Shown here in pieces: positions 51,669-64,000 of a stretch of DNA of 64,000 nucleotides. The notes below the pieces were generated by a model. The model saw nothing but the letters and a program-made list of their open reading frames with translations. It did no database searches and was not told where the DNA came from. Position numbers and translations under genes: made by a program. The stretch comes from Eledone cirrhosa (Eukaryota), in contig OZ024743.1 of NCBI GenBank assembly GCA_964016885.1, positions 105,462,001 to 105,526,000 of the forward strand, read 5' to 3'. The first letter of the stretch is position 1, and each line of letters starts with the position of its first letter.

Positions 51669-51868
51669 ATATATATAAAGAAGAGAACTGTTTTCGCTCT
51701 ACATGGCTGAATACCATAAATGTAATCTGAGTTTTCACATGCCAACACAAGAGCGAGAATGGAGGGCTCAATCTACTGACATGGCTATACAATTGAAGCC
51801 TATTTGCATAATTGCAAACGAATCAAATGCTATTATTAATATTCGAAAAACTCAGATTACATTTTTTG

Positions 51869-51899
<31 letters not shown>

Positions 51900-51900
<1 letters not shown>

Positions 51901-53990
51901 AATTACACAAGTTTCAAAGTTATGTTCGAATCATTTAATCGCTGACAACTGTTTCTTCCAAACTTTAGTTTGGAGTCATCGCAGCATTTTCAATGTTTGT
52001 ACATATAATTACCCTCTTATTCAACTGAACAATCATATTGATACATATATATTGATGTTGTGAACAACAGTTTAGTATTATCAGGGTGTAATGGATGCGC
52101 ATATATTATACGAGAATTGTACAATAATTCAAATTAAAATTAAAATTAAAATTAAAAGCTCAGAGTGGAATACATGCGACAGATAATACAGGAGAATAGT
52201 CTAATAATTAAAGAGGCATTGAGAAAGAAGTACATATTCAAGCGTGTAGAGATTGCACATGCGTTGTGAAATTCATAAGAACCTACCCTACCTCAATAGT
52301 GGTGGTTTATACGGCGATGATGCACTACTCCTTATAGACTATAACAAATTTAATATAGAAAGAACTAGGAAACTATTACATAAAATTTTCTAAAACTTCA
52401 ACTTAAGTATCACCTTAGATAAAAACACTAAAAACATTAACTTCCTTGATGCTACCCTTTACCTACAGTCTAAAATATATACACGCTTTCATAAACCTAA
52501 CGAAAAACTAATTTATGTGGATACCAAGTCTAACCACCCTAATCCATATTAAACTCAATCACTAAAGGAATATTTAATAGAATCTCTAATCTTTCATATA
52601 ACGAAACCATATTTAACAATAATTCCCAATACTATAATCAGGCATTAGCTAAATCAGGCCATAAAAATGGGATTGAATTCCTATCTATAAAATCACATAG
52701 TTACAGCATTATTTCTCACAATATGTCCACGAGGGAAAATAATAAGAGTACTAGCCACTCTTACTCTAATGCGAAGGGTAATATCAAGCTTAACTCGCAC
52801 CAAAGTAAACACCACAATAATATTATAAACAGAAATACCTCAAAATATATTACAAAAAAAAAAAAATAGAAGAACTAATACATTCTTCTTCCCCCTTTCA
52901 ATCTAAACGTCACTACCAACTTGCCTAAGGCTTTCTTCTCAATCCTAGAAAAAAAACTTCCCATCTGTCCACAAATAATCTTATAAATAAAATCACCATT
53001 AAAATCTATTACTCTACCAGACCTAACATCACATACCATATAGCTAGTAGTAATAAAAGGAAGATTAATAATTATTTCCAACTAATTAAAACACAGCAGG
53101 AGGTAATCTTACAGAACAACATAATACCTACAAACCCTAGTAGCAATAGTAATAATAGTATTAAAAATAATGAAATCAATAACAATAGGAACGACAACCA
53201 TCATTACCCTAATGTTATCCATAGCAACCAGACTTCTACACAATATGAATACAATAAGACCAAGTTACAATCCATTACTGTAACTAATTAAAAACATTCA
53301 ATACAAACGTTAACTAAAATATAACTTAACATATGTAATGGATGGGAAATCAGTAACTTTCATATTCTCCATACATACAAATTTGAACTATTCAGAAACT
53401 CTCAACGCACCACATCCTCCATAATACACTAACATGTTCGCTTAAAGTGCTTGTATTTTATGTAATACCTTGCCATACAGTAGTCATATATTCCTAATAC
53501 CTTTGCTTGTTTCCTTCTCATATATATATGACTAACGCATGTGCACTCTCTACACGCTTGAATATGTACTTCATTCCCATTGCCTCTTTAATTATTAGAT
53601 TATTCTCCTGTATTATCTGTCGCATGTATTCCACTCCGTGCTTTTAATTTTAATTTTAAATTTAACTTTAATTATTGTACAATTCTCGCATCCATTACAC
53701 CCTGTTAATACTAAACTGTTGCTCACAACATCAATATATATGTATCTATATGATTGTTCAGTTGAATAGGAGGTTAATAATATGTACAAACATTGATAAT
53801 GCTGCGATGACTCCAAAATAAAGTTTGGAAGAAACAATTGTCAGCGATTAAATGATTTGAACATAACTTTGATACTTGTGTAATTTATATTCCTGCTCTG
53901 TAAAACACCTGATGTTCTTACATTGAGCTATTTCTCTTACTGGTAATAAGGCATTAATAAATTACTGTCCTTTCCTGTTTATAGTTGTTT
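51900..53990 (+). mobile_element. Penelope-like element with inverted pseudo-LTRs and RT remnant
   Basis: Inverted repeats ~51900-52265 / 53534-53890. Internal RT motifs GLYGDDAL, INFLDATL, HKPN..YV..KSNHP, RISNLS, Y.QAL.KSG, PPFN.NV.TN. Confidence 0.9.
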
Positions 53991-54034
53991 ATAGTATACA
54001 TAACTATAAATAGTATCATTATTATTATTAATCC

Positions 54035-54230
54035 AGGGTGGTGGATTGGCAGTATCGGTAGAGAGTCGGACGCCATGCTTTCCAGCATAGTTATGTCCCT
54101 TTACGATCTGAGTTCAAATCCCGCCGAGGTTGACTTTGCCTTTCATCCTTACGGAGTCGATAAAATAAAGTACCAGTAATGCACTGGGTAATTGCTGGCC
54201 TTGTGCCTAAAGTAGAAACAATTATTATTA
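54035..54230 (+). mobile_element. SINE family A, full length
   Basis: GGTGGATTGGCAGTATCGGTAGAG...GAGTTCAAATCCC...core...(ATT)n tail. Confidence 0.9.
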
Positions 54231-55514
54231 TTATATATATGTATATATATAAACTACAAAATTGACAAAAGCATGACATTAGCAATTATATAATGAACTA
54301 CAGATGAATTTGAAATATGGTGTTACATCTAAGCCTAGCAGGGCGCCAGTCTATGATAATAATATTATTATTTATTTGATATTTATTTTATGATAATTAA
54401 AGGAATTTGAGAAGGTGACTTAGTTCTGTTAGAGCCTCCAAACAATGTAATATGCACCTTGGACAACTATTTATGTCATTTCATAATTCAACAGCCATTT
54501 AAGTTAATTATCACAACGCCTTATATTCTGGGGGGATCCGTAGAAGGTCACATAGATGGGCTCTAAATTCTACTGTTTGCAGTTTACCTCTATCCGTCAA
54601 CATTCGAGGGAAGGGATGGAGGAAAGTCGAATACATCTGCCCCCCTTTAAACAGCGTGCCTACTTCATCTAATTTCCTCAAAACACTCATCTTGGCTGTC
54701 TTTACTCCTTCGCATTTCTGCTAAGCGGGCGTATCCAGCATCTTCTGAACCCTTTTAGCTATGATGGTGTTTTGGCTCTGATAATACAAATTTCGTTTTA
54801 AACGTCAAAGGAGTAATCGAGTGTTATATTCGTTGCCCTCACATCAGCTGAGATGATTTTTCTAACTGTTTCTTCTATTCTGGGGAGTAGTCCCCACCCC
54901 AATCAATTGTTTTCCATAATAAATTCTGTCAGTTATATTGTTAGTGCTTCCTTTATAAACTCTTTATTGATAAACACGATTGGGCGTGTTACAATTGGTG
55001 AAGCGACGTGGAAAAATGCCATTCTGGAGTTTCGTCTAAATTCCGTGGTGAGAAGCCTATATTTCAGTCATTCCACTCTAAATACAGCACTAATTCGTCA
55101 CTGACGACATCTCGCACCGGGAACGACGTGTTCAGCTTCAAGTAGTCTGTCACAATATTTTATGGAGGTTGACAGGGGAACTCTATTACCAGCCATGAAG
55201 TAGAATAGCAGACACAACGTACAATATCTCTAACCAATGACCAAATACTTAGGTTATATACGATCCAGATGTCAAGAATGGATTTGTTCAATTACCTCAT
55301 CCGGCAATTCAAGTCATTAGATCGAAGTTTACCTACAATTCTATCCTAAATGATCTGATGAGGACCAATAATTTATAATTTTATTTTTCCTTGTCTCCCA
55401 TGTGTAGACGAAAATTGGCAAAACGTTAGTCGATCGAATATTTTGAGGCATTTATTCCTGCTCTTTAAAATGCTGTTCAAACTCCCTCTATTTAGAAACC
55501 CTTATTCATTCGCA

Positions 55515-55730
55515 GTTAAGCTGGTGGATTTGCAGACTTGTTAACGCTTCGGATACTATACATTGTTGTATTTCGTACTGACCTCAAAGTTCTGCTTTCA
55601 AATCCTACCGAGTGTAATTTGGACTTCCATCATTCTAAGATCCGTAAAATAATGTACCAGTCATATATTCAGTTTTATGTAATCCCCTATCCCTCTCTTC
55701 ACAAATTGTTGGCCTTAACATTTCTATAGA
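55515..55730 (+). mobile_element. old diverged SINE family A-like copy
   Basis: GGTGGATTTGCAG...TTCAAATCCTACCGAG...CTTCCATCAT...TAAAATAATGTACCAGT...TTGGCCTT. Confidence 0.6.
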
Positions 55731-56722
55731 TGTGGGGTAATAACTCCTAAAATATATTTCTGTTTAACATATCATCACAATTCCAAAGGTTTGACCTATA
55801 ATCTATATAAATCCTTGCCAAGAAAAGTTTAATAGATAGAAATACATGCATGACAAGCTCTCACTAAATAAGAGTTCGCTGATATGTATCGGAATATTAA
55901 TAACTGACAGGACAAATATATAAAGGAACCATGTAATACAACGACTGAAGCCTGATGGCGCCTCCCAACCATATTAATAGTTGCCGTATCTGTGATTTTT
56001 GAAACGCTTGGTGTGTTTTGGGTAGAGTTGTGAAAGACGTAATTGATTTTACTTAATGTCTACCAAGGTATGTATTTATAAGGTAAAGTTGTATGTAGGT
56101 TTATGGAATATATTTGGTTGATCTCGTGAATAATGTAGGTTTAGTGTCGGTTTGTTTGCGTTTATGCTAAGGCAATTCAATGTAGGATCTAACTACAAAA
56201 CTGAAGTTTCTGGTGTTGAAACTATGACAGGTTTAGTCATATCTCACCTGGCTTCATTGATCAGGGATCATAAAACTATATTAGGGAAAACTATGCTTCC
56301 AAAATATTCTCACATTTCTACATATATCACCTATCATTCATTGCTACCATTAGTAAAAAAAACATAGCTTCACTACGTTCACGCGTAAGTAGATATACAA
56401 GAACACATACAAGCATACTAATCAACACTACCCTCGTTCACACAGACAGCAACGCCCCATAAAATGCCGAACTTACACATGCATATGTACAAAGCAAAAG
56501 AAAGTAAATCATGCACACACGCATACGTATATACGCACACACACTCACAAACGCAAACATACGCGCATAAATATATATATATACACACACACATACATAT
56601 ATATATTATATATATATATATAAATATATACATACATACACACATATATATATGTATATATATATATTTATATATACATATACATATATATATATATATA
56701 TATACATACATACACACATATA

Positions 56723-56817
<95 letters not shown>

Positions 56818-57150
56818 ACATACATAATTCGTCTAAAATATTTTAACTTAATCAAACCGTTAATATTCTTACGTAATAATCTCTGAGAATGCATTTCTTG
56901 AGACTAACAAAAGTCAGGAAGAGACGAAGTGAATGAAAAGGGGACTAGATAATTATAAGTTTTGATTAATTTAAAAGTTGCTTTGTTGCCTATGCTTTTG
57001 TATAATTCCAACAAAAGCCTTTATTACAATGAAATTTCATATCAATCTGCAGTAATACTATCTTACGTTCAAGATGTATTTTCTGTGTATTTTAGTGCAT
57101 GTTGTTCCAGCATTTTCATTAGTTGCTTTGAGTTACTTCTACAGTCCATG

Positions 57151-57474
57151 TCTTCTTCTTCTTCTTCTTCTTCTTCTTCTTCTTCTTCGTCGTCGTCTTC
57201 TTCTTCTTCTTCTTCTTCTTCTTCTTCTTCTTCTTCTTCTTCTTCTTCTTCTTCTTCTTCTTCTTCTTCTTCTTCTTCTTCTTCTTCTTCTTCTTCTTCT
57301 TCTTCTTCTTCTTCTTCTTCTTCTTCTTCTTCTTCTTCTTCTTCTTCTTCTTCTTCTTCTTCTTCTTCTTCTTCTTCTTCTTCTTCTTCTTCTTCTTCTT
57401 CTTCTTCTTCTTCTTCTTCTTCTTCTTCTTCTTCTTCTTCTTCTTCTTCTTCTTCTTCTTCTTCTTCTTCTTCT
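57151..57474. repeat. long (TCT)n microsatellite (~108 units)
   Basis: Directly visible; source of spurious poly-S/L/R ORFs. Confidence 0.98.
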
Positions 57475-59232
57475 AGTGGTTTTCGACACAGCTACATGAA
57501 ACATTCAGAGATGCAGTGTCATTGTAAGCATAGATCCAAGGCTCATAGTTTAGATACGTGTGGAAAACTCTGGTGATTATAATGATACTAATACGAGACT
57601 GGTACTAATTGCATCAAGTTCGAAAACAGAAAAGACGACATCGGGTAAGGCATCTGTTCAAACACAAATTAAACACCAAAGCAAAACAAGTTTTGTGTTT
57701 TCTGGCAATTAAATACTGGTATTTAACTGGTACTAATTTTACTGACATTAGACAATGGTAAAAAAGAATTCAAACTGGATATTCGAAAATTAAAATCTAA
57801 GCCAGGTGCTTTATTGCCGGGTGTGTTGTTTAACATCACATAACCAATCACCAACTGGCGCATTAATCAATATGAAGTCACATGTAGTTATAGGACACAC
57901 ACACTCAAACACACATACGCAAATACACACAAAGACACGCACACATATATATGTGTGACGGGTATCCTTACAGATTTTCTGTACCTAATTCGTTCATTAA
58001 GTCAAACGTCATCCCAGATTTGCTATAGAATATACATGGACATTTTTACAAGGTATTTAATACTTGGTTTCATCAATTCTGCTATACTGCAACCAGTCCC
58101 GTATTCAAATATACTTCTGACCATAGCTCAATTTTACATGTTTAAAATTGGTGCAAAGATATGAGGATAGCGGGATATCAGAGGATATCAACCCACAATT
58201 TCATTGGTGTATAATTTATTGACCACAGAAGCATGAAAACCAAAGTAGAAGTCGGTGGTTGTTTTATCCTAGAAAATATAGACGGTAACCCATTTTTGAA
58301 AGCTGGTCTATAAGTTTGACAATCCATATGACCATATAATGTTATTAATGCTGGTTTTAGGGTGTAGAATTGCTAGTATTTTTTTTGGTGGACCATCAGA
58401 TAAAATAGACATCGAAATAAACATTACCTTTCATCACTCCGAGGTCGATAAAATAAAGTACAAGAAAAAGTACTGGTGTTAATTTAATCCACAATATCCT
58501 TCCCAGAAATTTGCTACCCTTGAGCATGAATTAAAAATTAATGTTATTTTTCAATACATGCACAAGAGCATAGGTCTTTGAAGGAAGTTGACATTTTCAT
58601 TGTCATTTGTTCTAATGACCCAGCTGTATTTGAATTCAATTCAGGACAGAAGGTAAATGTAAATAGATAAATATCACATACCGATTTACATACTGTTTCA
58701 TCAATTATATCACGTAAATCCATTAGTAAAAATGAGGCCAAATAAATCGACCCAGTACTTCATTGGTATTTTATTTTGTAGACAAAGAAAAAAAAAGGAA
58801 AGATAGGATTCAGCCTGAGAAAGCATTTTGAATTACAGTTACGGTCCGTCCGACAGACAACCGAAATGTTTGCGTGTAGATAGTTTCCCTGTTAATGCAT
58901 GGGTCGACCTTGCTCAAAATGTGAATGGTCAGGTTCTTATTGATCGGAAAGCAAACCTTTTAAATATTTCACCGTACTGCGTCCACGTCAGATAAAGTAC
59001 CTGATGGATGTATCCAGTATGTCTTAAATAACAACTCTACATGTGTGGCTTCTCCTGCATATACAAGACAAATTTTGATGGGGCTGTGGCTGGGGCTGGG
59101 GAATAATATTTATATATTTTTCCTACACTTCTTCCATTCGGCACTAGTTTTAAATCTTCTCATACAAAATTATTATTGACAAACTCACACATACTTTAAT
59201 TCAAAATTTGAAAATGTAGGCACCATAAGGTA

Positions 59233-59400
59233 CCGTATTTCCCGGAGTCAAAGACACTACTTTTTTTCCTAAAATAACTCTCAAAAATCTACCATGCTTC
59301 CTGGAGGCCGAAGGTTGTTTATTATTTTTTTCAAATTTTTGGTTGTCAAAATTAGGGTGCGTCCTCGAAGACGAAGCGTCTTCGGCGCCGGGAAATACGG
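59233..59400. mobile_element. Tc1/mariner-pogo-type MITE
   Basis: TIRs CCGTATTTCCCGG / CCGGGAAATACGG flanked by TA on both sides. Confidence 0.85.
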
Positions 59401-60320
59401 TATCTAAATGTAACGATATAGCTGGTAACTATGGATAAGAGTCGAATAAACCGGAATGTTCCTAAATGTGAGGGATTACCATCGAAATGTAAGGAGGCAG
59501 CGTCATCTTGCTCTCTAATTTATCATTTAATTGGGGTCGTTCCCGAACTGAAGACGGAAAAAGTGGATGATATTTTCAAATTTCCAATTTCCCAATGCTT
59601 CGTAAGTCAACCAATCTCGACAATATAACATTTCATTCCTTCATTCCACTATTCCGTTATTCTACCATTCTTCATTCTATCATTCATTCATGCATTCGTG
59701 TATTGAATCATTCATGCATAGAATCATTCATCCATAGAATCGTTCGTAACCGAATATACAACAACTAAATTATATGTCTTACTGAAGAAGAATTTCAATT
59801 ACTTCTATTTAAGCTCCTTTGTTTAGTTTCCTATTGAAAATTGTCCACACGATAATTTTTGTTTTCTATTTTTATTCTGCTTCCAATGAACAAGAGGTTT
59901 CTCTATTAAAAGGTAAGATACACAGACATATCTATATATATTCGCAAGAATATATGTATACATACACACTCACATATATATGTTCCTATGTACATATGCA
60001 TGCGTATATATATATATATATATGCGTGTATGTGTGTGTTTGTGTGTGAGTGTGTGTTTGTTTATGTATGTGAGTCTGTGTGCGTGTGTGTGTACATAAT
60101 TTTAGAAGATACTTAATACTTCAATGTTCTTTTATTCATTGAACAATTGACGTACTAGCCAACAATAATGTTTTACTTTGAAAATATTTATTGAAAGAGC
60201 GATTTATCAACTTATTTTACATGGCAGCAGCAGACATGACTCTAAAATAGCATCCAAAGTATGTTAAACTGTTCCAATAACTCGTGATCCAGCTTCCAAT
60301 TACACCGTCTTAACATCGTC

Positions 60321-60355
<35 letters not shown>

Positions 60356-60373
60356 AACACAGACACATTCATA

Positions 60374-60430
<57 letters not shown>

Positions 60431-60494
60431 CCAAACACACACACACATATTCATATAAATATATATATATAGATAGATAGATAGATAGTTCGAT

Positions 60495-61233
60495 AAATTT
60501 CTTTATTATCCACACGGGGACAAAAGAAGGGGACCAATACAAATGGGGTGTTTACATACAGGTATATGAAAATAAAACTATTAATAAAACAACAAATAAC
60601 AATTGAAATACCCAATAGGAGGGAGGCGTTACACAGAGGTTGTACACACCCCGAAAAAATGTACAACCCTCATCTCCAGGTGCACCAAGAGAGAGTACTC
60701 CCTTCCTCTATTCCTCTTTGTCCTCAACCTACAGGCTTATATAGAGAGAAGGCCCAAACACTCGGGCCATCTTTGCCACATTCACCCACCTTTTATAAAA
60801 TTTGCTGGGGTACAGCACCTCTCACTCCATCCTGATTCTTCTTCCAAAATGATATTTGAAAAAAACGAATCAGTTGCTCTCCGGAGAGAAAGGTGTCTGA
60901 CCTCAGCCCTTTTAACCTCGTCCAGCATAGCCCCACAGGTCGGTAACGCCCGGGCAGTGTACAAATGCGCGCGCGACGGTTTCCTCCTCGCGCACGCATC
61001 TCGGACAGATCTTTTTCGAAGGGTCCCTGTCGGGTGCCCATGTCTGTAGAGCTTGTCTCGAACTGGTAGAGCTCCTCGGTAGCACTGCCAGGTCAGGGAC
61101 TTTTGGAAGTTGTCCATTGGTCCCGGGAGGAAGGTCCTACCGAACAGACTGGCCAGTTCGTCCTCCTCTACGCCCAGAGTTTCTCCGAGCGCGTCGTCGC
61201 ACTTGCTGCGAACCAACCCTCTATAGAATGTCG
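60495..61233 (-). mobile_element. Tx1-like LINE 3' fragment with internal deletion
   Basis: FYRGLVRSKCDDALGETLGVEEDEL...MDNFQKSL.WQCYRGALPVRDKL matches copy B; (GATA)n on both flanks. Confidence 0.92.
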
Positions 61234-61314
61234 ATAGATAGATAAATAGATAGATAGATAGATGTATGCATGCATGCATATATGTCCTCTCTGTATTTAC
61301 TACTACTACTGCTG

Positions 61315-61383
<69 letters not shown>

Positions 61384-61389
61384 GACAAT

Positions 61390-62794
61390 AAGATGTGAAC
61401 TCCCCTCAAACTATAGGGACATCTCCAGAACATGTAGACACCTCTCGGCCATACCTCCCTCAAGCTATATGGGCAGTAACAACGCCATAGGTTGGGAACT
61501 CCCCTCAAGCCATAGGGACCAATCCAGGCTGAGCAGACACCATGATAACCTAGAGATTGATTCAGACACAGCCTTTATAATTTGGCCAACATCTTTATAA
61601 CACACACACATTTTATTTTACTTGATTTTTGATTTTTGATTTTTGATTTTTCATTTGTTATTTGTTTTCTGTTTTCTTCACTTTATCGCCTTTTATTTAG
61701 ATTTAAGTTGAGATTGGTTATAACACACACACATGTTATTTGATTATCCTATTTCGTTTTATTCTTTTACCATCTTGTTCCTCCTACAACTTTATCCAAC
61801 ATCTTTCTGACCTTGAGGTTTTAGGACACACACATTTTATTTTATTTGAATCTTCATTTTTATTTTTCACTTTTCATTTTCATTTTTCATTTTTCATTTT
61901 GCATTTTTCATTTTCATTTTTCATTACTTTTTCATTAATTTTTCATTTATTCCCTATTTATCTTTTATTGTCTGTTTTCTTCATTTTGTTGCCTTCTATT
62001 TCTTCATATACATGGCAGTAAGCCCCCTACCCCCACCACCACCACGAGAGATGTTGGCAGGAGGGATGAAGAAACACACATACAGATACTTCTAAATGTC
62101 AGCAGCAGCAAGACATAGGCTGACCACAACACCAACAACACTACCAAAATAAGGGTAGAGGTCAGATGTACTTAACAATAGCAAATACAAACACTACAGG
62201 GAGCCTCACACCAGAGATAATTTCTATAGACTTTTGACTGAGGAATGCTCTCAAAACTGACCAATGGGAAGAGTGACCTTACAAATCTTTATAACATTGA
62301 GATGGGTAAAACACACGCACATTTTATCTGATTATTTTATTTTATTTTGTTCCTTTACCATATATTTTTCCTTCTACCACTTTATCATTTTTTGAGCTGA
62401 CTCCAACAACAACACCACTACCAACATAAGAGTAGAGGTCATATATACCTAACAATAACAAGAACAACCACTACAGATTGCCTTGCCTCAGAACGAATTT
62501 CTATAGACTTTTGACTGAGGAATGTTCTAACAACTAACTAATGAGAGAAGAGGTTCTTTGATGCTGAAATTCGTTTGTTTAAATTCATATGATTTCAGTT
62601 CCTCAGTGAAATAACAACCCAACCAGGAACTGGGCATATCAGAGTATTGACACAGATAAACACCTCAACAACATGTGTACTCGTCTGTACCACACTAATT
62701 CGGACTGCCTGAAGAGGTCACAGCCAAAGATGGCTGTCACCGAAATATATATAGCAGTAATAAACGAAGCCAAATTTTAAACATTTGACTTATT

Positions 62795-62800
<6 letters not shown>
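61390..62800 (+). mobile_element. non-coding repeat-rich element ending in an HHR (Penelope/retrozyme-like)
   Basis: Internal direct repeats (CCCCTCAA.C.ATA.GG x3; ACACACACATTTTAT recurring; ~150-bp repeat at ~62120 and ~62398), then the HHR and (TA)n. Confidence 0.5.
62704..62758 (+). ncRNA. minimal type I hammerhead ribozyme motif (intact core)
   Basis: ACTGC-CTGAAGA-GGTCACAGCCA aaga TGGCTGTCACC-GAAA-TATATA-TA-GCAGT. Confidence 0.8.
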
Positions 62801-62877
<77 letters not shown>

Positions 62878-62880
<3 letters not shown>

Positions 62881-62951
62881 TGTTTCTACTTTAGGCACAA
62901 GGCCAGTAATTATCCCAGTGTATTACTGGTACTTTATTTTATCGACCCCGT
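62878..62951 (-). mobile_element. SINE family A 3' fragment
   Basis: TTTCTACTTTAGGCACAAGGCCAG...TTTATCGACCCCG. Confidence 0.85.
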
Positions 62952-63024
62952 ATATAAAAGGTAAACAGATATAACAACACAATCGGTAGTGATTAGGTTA
63001 ACGCTTGATAGATCAGGAAGAGGG

Positions 63025-63060
63025 TCTTAACCTTTCGGACGCTAGTCCTTCATCAGAAGA
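63025..63060 (-). ncRNA. minimal hammerhead-like motif, probably degenerate
   Basis: Minus strand: TCTT-CTGATGA-A-GGAC tagc GTCC-GAAA-GGTT-AAGA (GAAACGTT would be the usual palindromic form). Confidence 0.55.
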
Positions 63061-63143
63061 AAGAATGAGAAATAAAATAGATTTAGGGGACTGGTGGTTA
63101 GAATTGGAAAAAATGTCTTTAGATGAAAATATCTGGTCCACGA

Positions 63144-63300
63144 AATAGGAAAAGAGTCATGACCCCAACGGCTGAGTTCCGGTCGTTTCGATAGCTAGAT
63201 CCGAACTACGCCACCAGTTATGGTGACTTAATTCGGATCAAGCTAAGTATTGAGTACTCTGGTGCGTTATGGTCCACCTGGTAAGTTATTATATCCTCTT
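63144..63300 (+). mobile_element. diverged member of the fold-back half-hammerhead family
   Basis: GACCCCAACGGCTGAG..CGTTTCGA arm, hairpin AGCTAGATCCGAA/TTCGGATCAAGCT, and tail AAGTATTGAGTACTCTGGTGCGTTATGGTCCACCTGG. Confidence 0.7.
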
Positions 63301-63340
63301 TATTATATATATATATATATGTATATAATAATAATAATAA

Positions 63341-63404
<64 letters not shown>

Positions 63405-63423
63405 TGTTGTTGTTGTAGTAGTA

Positions 63424-63456
<33 letters not shown>

Positions 63457-64000
63457 AGAGTATTGAAGTTTGCTTGAAGTATTGTGGAATAATAAGATAT
63501 ATTTTCTTTTAGCCGTTTTGGAAGCCTCAACAATGCACATGGATAATTCTCCAGGTAACAGGATCCGGCGGTGAAGAGAGAGATGTAAGTGAATGTAGAA
63601 TGAGATGTATAGTGTGTAGAAGAACGTAGGAAAGAGCGTAAAAATAAAAATAACACGAGATACAGTTACCTTAGGAGATATTTAATTGTCCCTATATTTC
63701 GGATTCACATCCATCAACTGGGGGGTTTTCCGGGGGGAGGAGTGGGGTTTTATCTGTCGGAGAGGAGCGATACGTGTCCTCTGCTGTTCGTGGTTTTGAA
63801 TATCTGAGGTATTCAGCAGAGCGCGCGCGGAATAGGTTCGGTCAAGCAAAGATCGACGGCCGAAATAGTTCTTTTAATTGTGGGAGTGGGGTGGCGTTAG
63901 CTGTCAATCCATTGTATTATCTATCTGAGCTAGTTTCTGTATTAGCAGTGTTGTATAGTATATTCGTATGGTGGTGGTATTCGCCTGCCTGTTCGGTGAA

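Noticed and set aside
54040-54125. tRNA gene-like A/B boxes
   Set aside because: Head of a SINE; no cloverleaf.
54575-54785. Exon-like minus-strand segment with short ATG-initiated frame
   Set aside because: No homology or downstream coding exons found.
55350-55440. CTGATGAGG...AAAACG hammerhead-like remnant (similar partial cores at ~24393, ~27835, ~63700)
   Set aside because: GAAA or stems missing; cannot be called ribozymes.

Overview
AT-rich, microsatellite-dense eukaryotic DNA. The SINE and repeat complement resembles octopod cephalopods (inference). I found no convincing host protein-coding exon; most recognisable sequence is transposon-derived. Contents: (i) Tx1/L1-clade LINEs on the minus strand, namely a head-to-tail array in (GATA)n at ~7.3-15.8 kb, a near full-length copy in (AAT)n at 35.7-41.7 kb and a 3' fragment at 60.5-61.2 kb; (ii) three R4/Dong-like restriction-like-endonuclease (RLE) LINEs in tandem with (TAA)n tails at 41.7-49.6 kb; (iii) Penelope-like remnants, one with ~360-bp inverted terminal repeats and no visible GIY-YIG domain; (iv) RTE, CRE, mariner, MITE and Helitron relics and many tRNA-type SINE copies. 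The most interesting signal is a layer of small elements embedded in (TA)n that carry type I hammerhead ribozyme (HHR) motifs. It includes several intact-looking cores and a five-copy fold-back family that keeps only the GAAA/stem III/cleavage-site half of an HHR, mirrored around stem II. All structures were read by eye; none was computed.
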